Assembly: GCF_009914755.1 (NCBI RefSeq)
Contig: NC_060938.1
Length of the DNA stretch: 64,000 bases
Direction: 5' to 3' (one strand)
DNA from: the human T2T-CHM13v2.0 reference genome, Homo sapiens
In this document: positions 21,401 through 42,400 of the stretch, piece by piece
Layout of the letters: each line of letters opens with the position of its first letter
Position numbering within the stretch: the stretch's first letter is position 1
Translations under genes and position numbers: made by a program
The notes under the pieces: model-generated
Seen by the model: the letters and a program-made list of their open reading frames with translations, nothing else
Database searches by the model: none
Told to the model about the DNA's origin: nothing

Positions 21401-23645
21401 TTGTGACAAATCTCTGCACTGATCACTCAGGTGATGCATCTCTTCTCTATGCTCTGCCCACAGGGGACATTGTGACATATCTCTTCACTGATCACCCATG
21501 TGATGCAACTCTTCTCTATGCTCTGCCAACAGGGGGTATTGTGACATATCTCTGCACTGATCACCCAGGTGATATAACTCTTTTCTAGTCTCTGCCTACA
21601 GAGGACGTTGTGACATCACTCTGCACAGATCACCCGGGTTATGTAACTCTTGTCTAGGCTCTGCCTATGGTGGCATTGTGACTTATCTCTGCACTGATAA
21701 CCCAGGAGACGTGACTGTGGTCTAACCTCTGCCTAGAGGGACATTGGGACATATCACTGCACTGATGGCTGAGGTGATGTAAAACTTCACTAGGCTTTGC
21801 CTACAGAGGGATTTATGACATATCACTGCACTGATCACCGAGATGATGTAACTCTTGTATAGGCTTCGCCGACATTGGGCATTGAGACATAAATCTGCAC
21901 TGATCACTGAGGTGATGCATCTCATGTCTGGGATCCGCTTACAGGGGGCATTGTGACATATCTCTGCCTTGATAACCCAGGTGATGTAACTCTTGTCTGG
22001 GCTCTGCTTACTGGAGACATTGTGACACATCTCCGCAATGATCACCCAGGTGATGTCACTTTTGTCTAGGACATGGCTACAGGGACATTGTGACATGTCA
22101 CTGCACTTCCCACACAGCTGATGTAACACTTGTCTAGGCTCTGGCTACAGGGGGATTGTGACACATCTCTGCACTGGTCACCCAGGTGATGGGACACTTG
22201 CCTAGGCTCTGCCTACAGGGACATTGTGACATATCACAGCAGTGATAACACAGGTGATGTAACTCTTGTCTATATCTGCCTACTGGCAGCATTGTGGCAT
22301 ATTTCTGCACAGATCACCCAGGTGATGGACCCTTGTCTTGGATCTGCCTATGGGGGCATAGTGACAGATCTCTGCACTGATCACTCAAGTGATGTAACGC
22401 TTGTCTAAGTTGCGCCTAAAGGGGAATTGTGACAGATACCTCCACTGATCACCCAGTTGATGTAACAATTTTCTGGGATTTGTCTACAGGGGGCTTGTTG
22501 ACATATCTTTGCACTCATCACCCAGGAGATGTAACTCTTGTCTAGGCTCAGCCTACAGGGGCTTTGTGACATATTTCTGCACTGATTACCCAGTTGATGT
22601 AACTCTTACTTAGGATCTGTTACAGGGGCTTTGTGACATGTTTCTGTACTGATCACCCAGGTGATGTAACTCTTGTCTAGGCTCCACCTACAGGGGGTAA
22701 TGTGACGTATCTCTGCACTGATCACCCAGGTGATGTAACTCTTGTCTAGGCTCCACCTACAGGGGATATTATGACGTATCTCTGCACTGATCACCCAGGT
22801 GATGTAACATTTATCTAGGCTCTGCCTACAGGGGCTTTGTGACACGTCTCTGCACTGATTACCCTGGGGAGGGAACTCTTGTCTACGCTCTGCCTACAGG
22901 AGGCTTTATGACTTATACCTGCCCTGATTACCTAGGTGATGTAACACTTGTCAAGGCTCTGCCTACACGGGAATTCTCACATATTTCTGCACTGATCACC
23001 CAGGTGATGTAACTCCTGTTTAGGTTCAGCCTACAGGAGCATTTTGACATATCTCTTCACTGATCACCCAGGAGATGTAACCCTTGTCTAAGCTCTGCCT
23101 ACAGGAGCATTGTGACAGATCTCTCCACTGCTCACCCAGGTGATGTAACAATTGTCTGGGCTTCGCCTACAGGGGGTTTGTCATATACATTTCCACTGAT
23201 CAAACAGGTGATGTAATCCTTGTCAAGGTTCTGCTTACAGGGGCTTTGTGACATATCTCTGCACTGATCACCCCAGGGAGGAAACACTTGTCTACACTCT
23301 GCCTACAAGAGGCTTTACGACTTATCCCTGCACTGATCACTAGGTGATGTAACACTTGTCTAAGCTCTGTTTACACGGGAATTTTCTCATTTCTCTACAA
23401 CGATCACCTAAGTGATGTAACCCTTGTCTAGGTTCAGCCTACTGGGGATTTCTGACATACCTCTGCACTGATCACCGAGGTGATGTAAATCATATCTAGG
23501 CTTTTTGTACAGGGGACATTGTGATAGATCTCTGCACTGATCACCCAAATGATGCAAATCTTCTCTAGGCTCCGCAGGGAGGGGGCATTGTGACATATTT
23601 CTGAACTGATCATCCAAGCGATGTAACTATTCTCCAGGCTTTCTC
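18476..23645 (-). repeat. Beta-satellite array, reverse orientation
   Basis: Tandem 68/69-bp monomers. Confidence 0.97.
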
Positions 23646-26416
<2,771 letters not shown>

Positions 26417-29400
26417 ATAACACATCTCTGAACTGATCAACAAAGTGATGTAACTCTTGTCTAACCTCTGCCTACAGGGGTTTTGTGACATATCTCTGCA
26501 CTGATCACGCAGGTGATGGGACTTGTGTCTAGGCTCTGCCTATGGGGGCATTGTGACATATCTCTACACTGACCACCCAGGTGATGTAACTCTTGTATTG
26601 GATCTGCCTATGGGGGTATTGTGACATATTTCTGCACTGATCACCCAGGTGAATGGACTCTTGTCTAGGCTCTGTGTATGGGGGCTTTGTGACATATCTC
26701 TGCACTGATCACCCAGGTGATGTAACACTTGACTAGGCTCTGCCTACGGGGCATAGTGACATATCACTGCATTGATCACCGAGGTGATGTAACTGTTGTC
26801 CAGGCTCTGCCTATAGGGGGCCTTGTGACATATCTCTGCACTGATCATCAAAGTGATGTAACTCTTGCTTACGCTCTGCCTGCAGGGGCATTGTGAAATA
26901 TCTCTGCACTGATCACCCAGGTGATTGGACTCTTCCCTAGGCTCTGCCTACTGGGGGCATTGTCACATATTTCTGCACTGATCACCCAGGTGATGGACTC
27001 TCATCTTGGATTTGCCTATGGGGGAATTTTGACATATCTCTGCACTGATCACCCAGGTGATGTAACTCTGATGTAAGCTCGGCCTAAAGGGGCATTGTGA
27101 CAGATCTCTGCACTGATCACTCAGGTGATGTAACTCTAGTCTAGGCTCTGCTTACAGGGGCTATTGTGAGATATCTCTGCACTGATCACCTAAATGATGT
27201 AACATTTGTGTAGGCTCTGCCTACAGGGGCATTTTGACATATCTCTGCACTGTTAACCAAGGTGATGTAACACTTCTCTAGGTTGTGCCCACAGGGGGAT
27301 TGAGACATATTTCTGCATTGATCCCGAAGTGATCCAACTCTTGCCTGGTCTCTGCCTAGTGGGGACATTGTGATATATCTCTGCACTGATCTCTCAGGTG
27401 CTGTAACTTTAGTGTAGGCTCTGGCTACACGGCATTGTGACATATCACTGCACTGATCACCCAGGTGATATAACTCTTGCCCAGGCTCTGCCTACAGGGG
27501 CTTGTGACATATCTCTGCACTGATCACCCAGGTGATATAACACATCTCTAGGATCTGCCTACAGGGTGCTTTGTGACCTATCCCTGCAATGGTCACCCAG
27601 GTGATATACCACTTGTCAAGGGTCTGCCTACAGGGACATTGCGATGTATCTCTGCACTGATCACCTAGGTCATGTAACTCTTGTCTAGGCTCTGCCTACA
27701 GTGGCATTTTGACATATCTCTGCACTGATCATCCAAGTGATGTAAATCTTGTCTAGGATCTGCCTAAAGGGACTTTGTGACATAACTCTGCACTGATCTT
27801 CCAGGTGATGGGGCTTTTGTCTAGGCTCTGCCTAAGGGGGCATTGTGACATATTTCTGCACTGATCACCCAGGTGACAGACTCTTGTCTTGGTTCTGCCT
27901 ATGGGGGAAGTGTGACATATATCTGCACTGATCACCCAGGTGATATAATGGTTGTATAATCTCCGCCTACAGGGGAATTGTGAGAGATCTCGCCACTGAT
28001 CCCCCAAGTGATGTAACTATTGTCTAGGCTTTGCCTAGAGGGGACTTTGTGACATAACATTGCAATGATCACCCAGGTGATGTAACTCATCTAAGTTCTA
28101 CCTACAGGAGCTTTGTGACATATCTCTGCACTGATCACTTATGTGATGTAACACTTTTATAAGCCCTGCCTACAGGGAATTTTGACAAATCTCTGCACTG
28201 ATCACCTAGGTGATGTAACTCTTGTCTACCCTCTGCCCAAAGGGGGCATTGTGAAATATTTCTGCACTGATCAGCCAGGTGATTCAACTCTTGTCTAGGA
28301 TCTGCCTACAGGGGGTATTGTGAAATATCTCTGCACTGATCAACTAGGTGAAGTAACTCTTGCCTAGGCTCCGCCTACATGGGAGTTTTCACATATCCCT
28401 GAGCTGATGACAAAGGTGATGTAACTCTTGCATAGGCTTTCTCTCCAGGGAACATTTTGACATATCTCTGCACTGATCACCCAGGTGATGCAACTCTTCT
28501 CTATGCTCTTCTAATAGGGGGCATTGTGACATATCTCTGCACTGATCACCCAAGTGATGTAACTCTTGACTAGGCTTGGCCTACTGGAGACATTGTGACA
28601 TATCTCCGCACTGATCACCCAGGTGATGTCACTTTTGTCAAGAATATGGCTACAGGGACATCGTGACATGTCACTGCACTGATCACACAGCTGATGTAAC
28701 ACTTGTCTAGGCTCTGGCTACAGGGGGTTTGTGACACATCTCTGCACTGATCACCCAGGTGATGTATCCCCTCTCTAGGATCTGCCAAAAGGGGGCATTG
28801 TGATATAACTCTGCACTGATCACCCAGGTGATGGGACTCTAGACTATGTTCTGGCTACAGGGGCATTGTGACATATCTCTGCATTAATCACGCAGGTGAT
28901 GTAACTCTTGTCTATATCTGCCTACTGGCGGCATTGTGGCATATTTCTGCCCTGATCACCCGGTGATGGACTCTTGTCTTGGATCTGCCTTTGGGGGCAT
29001 AGTGACATATCTCTGCACTGATCACTCATGTGATGTAACGCTTGTCTAAGCTGCGCCTAAAGGGGAATTGTGACAGATATCTCCACTGATCACCCAGGTA
29101 ATGTAACAATTTTCTGGGATTTGTCTACAGGGGTCTTTGTGACATACCTTGGCACTGATCACCCAGGAGATGTAACTCTTGTCTAGTCTCAGCCTACAGG
29201 GGATTTGTGACATATTTCTTTACTGATCACCCGGGTGATGTAACTATTGTCTAGGCTCCAGTTACAGGGGGTATTGTGGCGTATCTCTGCACTGATGACC
29301 CAGGTGATGTAACATTTATCTAGGCTCTGCCTACAGGAGCGTTTTGACATAGCTCTGCACAGATCACCAAGGTTATGTAACTCTTGTCCACTCTCTGCCT

Positions 29401-30685
29401 ACATGGGGAATTGTGAAATATCTCTGCACTGATCACCCCGGTGATGGGACTCTTCTCTGTACTCTGCCTAGAGGGCGATTTGTGACATATCTCTGCACTG
29501 ATCACCCAGGTGATGGAAGTTTTTTCTAGGCTCAGTCTATGGGGGCATTGTGTCAAATATGTGCACTGATCACCCAGGTGATGTAATTCTTTTCTAGGCT
29601 CTGTCAACAGGGATTTTTGTGACATATCACTGCACTGATCACCTAGGTAATGTAAGCCTTGTATGGGCCTTCCCTACAGAAGGCTTTGTGACTTATCTAT
29701 GCACTGATCTCTGAGGTGATGCAACTCTTGTCTAGGCACTGCCTACAGGGGACATTGGTACATATCACTGCACTGATCACCCAGGTGATGGACCCTTGTC
29801 TTAGATCTGCCATCATGGACATTGTGTCACATCTCTGAACTGATCAACCAAGTGATGGAACTCTTGTCTAGGCTCTGCCTTCAGGGGCTTTGTGACACAT
29901 CTCTGCACTGATCACCCTGCGGAGGGAACTCTTGTCTACGTCCTGCCTATAGGAGGCTTTTTGACTTATATCTGCACTGATAACCTAGGTGATGTAACAC
30001 TTGTCTAGGCTCTGCCTACACGGGAATTCTCACGTATCTCTGCAATGAACACCCAGGTGATGTAACTCCTGTCTAGGTTCAGCCTACAGGAGCGTTTTCA
30101 CATATCTCTGCACTGATCACCCTTGTCTCAGCTCTGCCTACAGGGGCATTGTGACAGATCTCTCCACTGCTCACCCAGGTGATGTATCAATTGTCAGGGC
30201 TTTGCCTACAGGGGTCTTTGTGATGTATATTTCCACTCATCAAACAGGTGATGTAACCCTTGTCAATGTTCTGCTTACAGGGGCTTTGTGACATAGCTCT
30301 GCACTGATCACCCCAGTGGGGAAACACTTGTCTACACTCTGCTTACCGGAGGCTTTACGACTTATCCCTGCACTGATCACTAGGTGATGTAACACTTGTC
30401 TAGGCTCTGTCTACACGGGAATTTTCACATATCTCTACACTGATCACCTAAGTGATGTACCCATTGTCTAGGTTCAGCCTACTTGGGATTTCTGACATAA
30501 ATATGCACTGATCACCGAGGTGATGTAAATCATTTCCAGGCTTTTTGTACAGGGGACATTGTGAAATATCTCTGCACTGATCACCCAAATGATGCAAATC
30601 TTCTCTAGGCTCCACAGGGAGGGGGCATTGTGACAAACTTCTGAACTGATCATCCAGGAGATGTAACTATTCTCTAGGCTGTGAC
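26417..30685 (-). repeat. Beta-satellite array, reverse orientation
   Basis: Tandem 68/69-bp monomers. Confidence 0.97.
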
Positions 30686-33456
<2,771 letters not shown>

Positions 33457-36400
33457 ATGACACATCTCTGAACTGATCAACAAACTGATGTAACTCTTGT
33501 TTAGGCTCTGCCTACAGGGGGTTTGTGACATATCTCTGCTTTTATCACCCAGGTGATGAGACTCTTGTCTAGGCTCTGCCGATGGGGGCATTGTGACATA
33601 TCTCTACCCTGATCACCCAGGTGATGTTACTCTTGTGTTGGATCTGCCTATTGGGGCATTGTGACATATTACTGCACTGATCACCCAGGTGATGAGGTTC
33701 TTGTCTAGGCTCTGTGTATGGGGGCCTTGTGACATATCTCAGCACTGATCACCCAGGTGATGTAACGCTTGACTAGGCTCTGCCTATGGGGCATAGTGAC
33801 ATATCACTGCATTGATCACCGAGGTGATGTAACTCTTGTCCAGACTCTGCCTATAGGGGACATTGTGACATATCTCTGCACTGATCATCTAGGTGATGTA
33901 CTCTTGCTTACGCTCTGCCTGCAGGGGCATTGTGAAATATCTAGCAATGATAACCCAGGTGATGGGACTCTACTCTAGACTCTGTCTACTGGGGGCATTG
34001 TCACATAATTCTACACTGATCACCCAGGTGACGGACTCTTGTCTTGGATTTACCTATGGGGGCATTGTGACATATCTCTGCACTGATCACCCAGGTGATG
34101 TAACTCTGGTCTCAGCTCTGCCTAAAGGGGCATTGTGACAGATCTCTGCAGTGATCAATCAGGTGATGTAACAATTGTCTAGGCTCTGCTTAAAGGGGTC
34201 TTGTCATATATCTCTGCACTGATCACCCAGGTGATGTAACTCTTGTCTAGGCTCTGCTTGCAGGGGGCATTGTGACATATCTCTGCACTGATCACCTAAG
34301 TGATGTCACAATTGTGTAGGCTCTGCCTACAGGGGCACCTTGACATATCTCTGCACTGTTAACCGAGGTGATGTAACTCTTGTTTAGGCTGTGCCCACAG
34401 GGGGATTGAGACATATCCCTGCACTGATCCCGAGGTCATCCAACTCTTGCCTGGTCTCTGCCTACTGGAGACATTGTGACATATCTCTGAACTGATCTCC
34501 CAAGCGCTGTAACTTTAGTCTAGGCTCTGGCTACACGACATCCTGACATATCACTGCCCTGATCACCCAGGTGATATAACTCTTGACTAGGCTCTGCCTA
34601 CAGGGTTATTGTGACATATCTCTGCACTGATCACACAGGTGATATAACTCTTCTCTACGATCTGCCTACAGGGGGCTTTGTGACATATCCCTGCAATGAT
34701 CACCAGGCTGATATACTACTTGTCAAGGCTCTGCCTACAGGGGCTTTGCGCTGTATCTCTGCACTGATCACCTAGGTCATGTAACCCTTGCCTAGGCTCT
34801 GCCTAAAGTGGCATTTTGACATATGTCTGCACTGATCACCCAGGTGATGTAACTGTTGTTTAGGATCTGCCTACTGGAGACATTGTGACATATCTCCGCA
34901 TTCATCACCTAAGTGATGTCACTTTTCTCAAGGATATGGCTACAGGGATATTGTGACATGTCACTGCAGTGATCACACAGCTGATGTAACACTTGCCTAG
35001 GTTCTCGCTACAGGGGGCTTGTGGCACATCTCTGCACTGATCACCCATGTGATGTAACCCTTGTCTAGGCTCTGCCAAAAGGGGGCATTGTGACATAACT
35101 CTGCACTGATCACCCATGTGATGGGACCCTTGTGTAGGCTCTGCCTAAAGGAGCATTGTGACATATCTCTGCAGTGATCACGCAGGTGATGTAACTCTTG
35201 TCTATATCTGCCTACTGGCGGCATTGTGGCATATTTCTGCACTGATCACCCAGGTGATGGGATTCTTGTCTAGGCTCTGTGTATGAGGGCTTTGGGTAAT
35301 GCTTGACTAGGCTCTGCCTACGGGGTATAGTGACATATCACTGCATTGATCACCGAGGTAGTGTAATTCTTGTCCAGGCTCTGCCTTTAGGGGGCCTTGT
35401 GACATATCTCTGCACTGATTATCTAGGTGATGTAACTCTTGCTTACGCTCTGCCTGCAGGGGCATTGTGAAATATCTCTGCACTGATCACCCAGGGTATG
35501 GGACCCTTCTCTTGGCTCTGCCTACTGGGAGCATTCTCACATATTTCTGCAATGATCACCCAGGTGACAGACTCTTGTCTTGGATTTGCCTATGGGGGCA
35601 TTGTGACATATCTCTGCACTGATCACCCACGTGATGTAACTCTTCTCTATGCTCTGCCTAAAGGGGCATTGTGACAGATCTCTGCACTGGTCACTCAGGT
35701 GATGTAACTATTTTCTAGGCTCTGCTTAAAGGGGCCTTGTCACATATCTCTGCACTGATCACCCAGGTGATGTAACTCTTGTCTGGGCTCTGCTTACAGG
35801 GGGTATCGTGACATATCTCTGCACTGATCACCCATGTGATGGGACCCTTGTGTAGGCTCTGCCTAAAGGAGCATTGTGACATATCTCTGCAGTGATCACG
35901 CAGGTGATGTAACTCTTGTCTATATCTGCCTACTGGCGGCATTGTGGCATATTTCTGCACTGATCACCCAGGTGATGGACTCTGGTCTCGGATCTGCCTT
36001 TGGGGGCATAGTGACATATCTCTGCACTGATCACTCATGTGATATAACGCTTGTGTAAACTGGGCCTGAAGGGGAATTGTGACAGATATCTACACTGATC
36101 ACCCAGGTGATGTAACAATTTTCTTGGATTTGTCTACAGAGGGCTATGTGACATATCCTGGCGCTAATAACCCAGGAGATGTAACTCTTGTCTAGGCTCG
36201 GCCTACAGGGGTTTTGTGACATATTTCTGTAGTGATCACCCAGGTGATGTAACTCTCGTCTAGGCTCCACCTACAGGGGCTATTGTGATGTATCTCTACA
36301 CTGATCACCCAGGTGATGTAACTCTTGTCTAGGCTCCACCTACAGGTAGTATTGTGACGGATCTCTGCACTGATCACCCAGGTGATGTAACATTTATCTA

Positions 36401-39400
36401 GGCTCTGCCTACAGGGGCGTTTTGACATAGCTCTGCACAGATCACCAAGGTTATGTAACTCTTGTCCACTCTCTGCCTACTGAGGGCATTGTGAAAAATA
36501 TCTGCAATGATTACCCAGGTGATGGGACTCTTCTCTATACTCTGCCTAGAGGGCGATTTGTGACATATCCCTGCACTGATCACCCAGGTGATGGAAGTCT
36601 TGTCTAGGCTCTGTCTATGGGGGCATTGTGTCAAATATCTGCACTGATCACCCAGGTAATGTAACTCTTGTCTAGGCTCTGTCTACAGGGATTTTTGTGA
36701 CATATGACTGCTCTGATCACCTAGGAGATGTAAGCCTTGTATGGGCTTTGCCTACAGAAGGCTTTATGACTTATCTATGCACTGATCTCTGAGGTGATGC
36801 AACTCTTGACTAGGCACTGCCTACAGGGGACATTGGTACATATCTCTGCACTGATCACCCAGGTGATGGACTCTTGTCTTAGATCTGCCTACATGGACAT
36901 TGTGACAAATCTCTGAACTGATCAACAAAGTGATGAAACTCTTGTCTAGGCTCTGCCTACAGGGGCCTTGTGACACATCACTGCACTGATCACCCTCGAG
37001 AGGGAACTTTTTTCTATGCTCTGCCTACAGGAGGCTTTATGACTTATACCTGCACTGCTAACCTAGGTGATGTAACACTTTTCTAGGCTCTGCCTTCACG
37101 GGAATTCACACATATCTCTGCACTGATCACCCAGGTGATGTAACTCTGGTCTAGGTTCTGTTACAGGGAGTATTGTGACATATCTCTGCACTGATCACCT
37201 AAGTGATGTAACACACTTGTGTAGGCTCTGCCTACAGGAGCATTTTGACATATCCCTGCACTGTTAACCGAGGTGATGTAACTCTTTTCTAGGCTGTGCC
37301 CACAGGGAGATTGAGACATATCTCTGCACTGATCCCGAGGTGATCCAACTCTTGCCTGTTCTATGCCTAGTGGGGACATTGTGACATATCTCTGCACTGA
37401 TCTCCCAGGTGACGGACTCTTATCTTGGATCAGCCTATGGGGGCATTGTGACATTTCTCTGCACGGATCACCCAGGTGATGTAACTGTTATAGAAGCTCT
37501 GCCTACATGGGAATTGTGAGAGATCTCGCCACTGATCACCCAAGTGATGTAAATATTGTATAGGCTTTGCCTTCAGGGGGCTTTGTGACATACCTTTGCA
37601 CTGATAACACATGTGATGTAACTCATCTAAGTTCTGCCTACAGGAGCTTTGTGACATATCTCTGCACTGATCACTTAGGTGATGTAACACTTTTATAAGC
37701 ACTGTCTACAGGGAATTTTGACAAATCTCTGCACCGATCACCTAGGTGATGTACCTCTTGTCTACCCTCTGCCCAAAGGGGGCATTGTGAAATATCTCTG
37801 TACTGATCACCCAGGTGACTCAACTCTTGTCTTGCATCTGCCTACAGGGGGAATTGTGAAATATCTCTGCACTGATCAACTAGGTGATGTAACTCTTGTC
37901 TAGGCTCTGCCTACAGGGGCTTCTTCAAATATCCCTGAACTGATGACAAAGGTGATGTAACTCTTGCCTAGGTTTTGACTACAGGGGACATTGTGACATA
38001 TCTCTGCACTGATCACCCAGGTGATGCAACTCTTCTCTATGCTCTGCCTACGGGGGATATTGTGACATATCTCTGCACTGATGACACAGGTGATGCCACT
38101 CTTCTCCATGCTCTGCCTACAGGGGGCATTGTGACATATGTCTGCACTGATCACCCAGGTGATGCAACTCTTCTATATGCTCTGCCTACAGGGGATATTG
38201 TGACATATCTCTGCACTGATGACACAGGTGATGCAACTCTTCTCCATGCTCTGCCTACAGGGGGCATTGTGACATATCTCTGCACTGATCACCCAGGTGA
38301 TATAACTCTTTTCTAGTCTCTGCCTACAGAGGGCGTTCTGACATCACTCCGCACGGATAACCCGGGTTATGTAACTCTTGTCTATGCTCTGCCTATGGGG
38401 GCATTGTGACTTATCTCTGCACTAATCAACCAAGAGATGTGACCCTTGTCTAAGCTCTGCCTAGAGGGACATTGGGACATATCTCTGCACTGATCGCTGA
38501 GGTGATGTAAAACTTGTCTAGACTTGCCTACAGTGGGATTTATGACGTATCTCTGTACTGATCACCCAGGTGATGTAACTCTTGTCTATGCTCTGCTTAC
38601 AGGGGTTATTGTGAGATATCTCTGCACTGATCACCCAGGTGATGTAACCCTTGTCTAGGCTCTGCCTACAGGGGCAGTTTAACATATCACTGCAATGATC
38701 ACCGAGACGATGTAAGTCTTGTATAGGCTTCGACGAAAGGGGGCATTGAGACATGTCTCTTCACTGATCACCGAGGTGATGCAACTCTTGTCTGGGATTT
38801 GCTTACAGGGGGCATTGTGTCATATCTCTGCCCTGATCACCCAGGTGATATAATTCTTCTCTTGGATCAGCCAACAGGGTGCTTTGTGACATATCCCTGC
38901 AATGATCACCCAGGTGATGTACCACTTCTCAAGGCTCTGTCTACAGGGACATTGTGATGTATCTCGGCACTGATCACCTAGGTCATGTAACTCTTGTCTA
39001 GGCTCTGCCTACAGTGGCATTGTGACATATCTCTGAACTGATCATCCAAGTGATATAACTCTTGTGTAGTATCTACCTAAAGGAACTTTGTGACATAACT
39101 TCACTGATCATCCCAGTGATGGGGGTTTTGTCTAGGCTCTCCCTAAGGGGAAATTGTGACATATATCTGCACTGATCACCCAGGTGACGGACTCTTGTCT
39201 TGGATCTACCTATGGGTGCACTGTGACATATCTCTGCACTGATCACCCAGGTGATGTAACTGTTGTATAAGCTCTGCCTACAGGGGATCTGTGAGAGATC
39301 TTGCCAGTGATCACCCAAGTGAAGTAACTATTGTCTAGGCTTTGCCTACAAGGGGCTTTGTGACATACATTAGCACTGATCTCCCAGATGATGTAACTCA

Positions 39401-42400
39401 TCTAAGTTCTGCCTTCAGGAGCTTTGTGACTATCTCTGCACTGATCACTTAGGTGATGTAACACTTTTATAAGCACTTCCTACAGGGAATTTTGACAAAT
39501 CTCTGCACTGATCACCTAGGTGATGTAACCGTTGTCTACCCTCTACCCAAAGGGGGCATTGTGAAATATCTCTGCACTGATCAACCAGGTGATTCAACTC
39601 TTGTCTAGGATCTGCCTACAGGGGATATTGTGAAATATCTCTGCACTGATCAAATAGGTGATGTAACTCTTGTCTAGGCTCTGCCTACAGGGTCGTTTTC
39701 ACATAACCCTGGACTGATGACAAAGGTGATGTTACTCTTGCCTAGGGTTTGCCTACAGGGGACATTGTGACATATCTCTGCACTGATCACCCAGGTGATG
39801 CACCTCTTCTCTATGCTCTGCCTACAGGGGATATTGTGACATATCTCTGTACTGATCACCCAGGTGATGCAACTCTTCTCTATGCTCTGCCTACAGGGGG
39901 CATTGTGACATACCTCCGCACTGGTCACCCAGGTGATGTAACTCATTTCTAGGCTCTGCCTACAGAGGGCGTGGTGACATCACTCTGCAAGGGATCACTC
40001 GGGTTATGTAACACTTTTCTAGGCTCTGCCTATGGGGGCATGGTGACTTATCTCTGCACTGATCACCCAGGAGATGTGACTCTTGTCTAAGCTCTGCCTA
40101 GAGGGACATTGGGACGTATCTCTGCATGGATCGCTGAGATGATGTAAAATTTGTCTAGGCTTTGCCTTCAATGAGATTTATGACATATCTCTGCATTGAT
40201 CACCCAGGTGATGTAACTCTTGTCTAGACCTTGCTTACAGGGGTTATGGTGAGATATCTCTGCTCTGATCACCTAGGTGATGTAACTCTTGTCCATCCTC
40301 TGCCTACAGGGGCATTTTGACATATCACTGCACTGATCACCGAGATGATGTAACTCTTCTATAGGCTTCGCCGACAGGGGGCATTGAGACATATCCCTGC
40401 TTTGATCACCGAGGTGATGCAACTCTTGTCTGGGATCTGCTTACAGGGGGCATTGTGACATATCTCTGCCCTGATCACCCAGGTGATGTAACCCTTGTCT
40501 AGGCTCTGCCAAAAGGGGGCATTGTGACATAAATCTGCACTGATCACCCAGGTGATGGGACTCTTTTCTACGCTCTGCCTACAGGGGCATTGTGACATGT
40601 CTTTACAGTGATCACGCAGGTGATGTAACTCTTGTCTATATCTGCCCACTGGCGGCATTGTGGCGTATTTCTACACTGATCACCCAGGTGATGGACTCTT
40701 GTCTTGGATCTGCCTATGGGGGAATAGTGACCTATCTCTGCACTGATCACTCATGTGATGTAACGCTTGTCTAAGCTGCGTGCAAAGGGGGTTGTGACAG
40801 ATATCTCCACTGATCACCCAGGTGATGTAACAATTTTCTTTGATTTGTCTACAGGGGGCTTTGTGACATATCTTTGCACTGATCTCCCAGGAGATGTAAC
40901 ACTTGTTTAGGCCAATCCTGTAGGGTTTTGTGACATATTTCTGCACTGATCACCCAGGTGATGTAACCCTTGTCTAAGCTCGACATAAAGGGGCTTTGTG
41001 ACATATGTCTGTACTGATCACCCAGGTGATGTAACTCTTTTCTAGGCTCCACCTCCATGGGGTATTGTGACGTATCTCTGCATTGATCACCAAGGTGATG
41101 TAATCTTGTCGAGGCTCCACCTACAGGGTGTATTGTGACGTATGTCTGCACTGATCACCCAGGTGATGTAACATTTATATAGGCTCTGCCTACAGGGGCG
41201 TTTTGACATAGCTCTGCACAGATCACCTAGGTTATGTAACACTTGTCCACTCTCTGCCTACAGGGACACTGTGAAATATCTCTGCACTGATACGTCGTGT
41301 GATGTAACGCTTGCCTAAGCTGCGCCTAAAGGGGAATTGTGACAGATATCTCCACTGATCACCCAGGTGATGTAACAATTTTCTAGGATTTGTCTACAGG
41401 GCTCTTTGTGACATATCTTTGCACTGATCACCCAGGAGATGTAACTCTAGTCTAGGCTCGGCCTACAGGGGCTTTGTGACATATTTCTCCACTGATCACC
41501 CAGGTGGTGTATCTCTTGTTCAGGCTCTGCCTTCAGTGATTTTTGTGACATATCACTGCACTGATCACCGAGGTGATGTAAGCCTTGTATGGGCTTTGCC
41601 TACAGAAGTCTTTGTGACATATCTCCGCACTGATCTCTGAGGTGATGCAACTCTTGTCTAGGCCCTGCCCACAGTGGAGATTGGAACATATCTCTTCTCT
41701 AATCACCCAGGTGATGGACTCTTGTCTTAGATCTGCCTACATGGACATTGTGACACATCTCTGAACTGATCAACCAAGTGATGAAACTCTTGTCTAGGCT
41801 CTGTCTACAGGGGCTTTGTGACACATCTCTGCACTGATATCCCTGGGGAGGGAATTCTTGTCTACACTTTGCCTACAGGAGGCTTTATGACTTATACCTG
41901 CACTGATAACCTATGTGATGCAACACTTGTCTAGGCTTTGCCTATACGGGAATTCTCACATTTCTCTGCACTGGTCACCCAGGTGACGGACTCTTGTCTT
42001 GGATCTGCCTATGGGCGCAGTGTGACATATCTCTGCCCTGATCACCCAGGTGATGTAACTGTTGTATAAGCTCTGCCTACAGGGGACCTGTGAGAGATCT
42101 CGCCAGTGATCACCCAAGTGAAGTAACTATTGTCTAGGATTTGCCTAGAGGGGGCTTTGTGACATACCTTTGCACTGATCACCGAGGTGATGTAACTCAT
42201 CTGAGTTCTGCCTTCAGGAGCTTTGTGACATATCTCTGCACTGATCACTTAGGTGATGTACCACTTTTATAAGCACTGCCTACAGGGAATTTTGACAAAT
42301 ATCTTTTCTGATCACCTAGGAGATGTAACTCTTGTCTACCCTCTGCCGAAAGTGGGCATTGTGAAATATCTCTGCACTGATCACCCAGGTGATTCAACTC

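Noticed and set aside
30111-30130. Small intra-monomer deletions and irregular joins (also ~41291, ~52912, ~60955)
   Set aside because: Ordinary satellite indels with no further structure.
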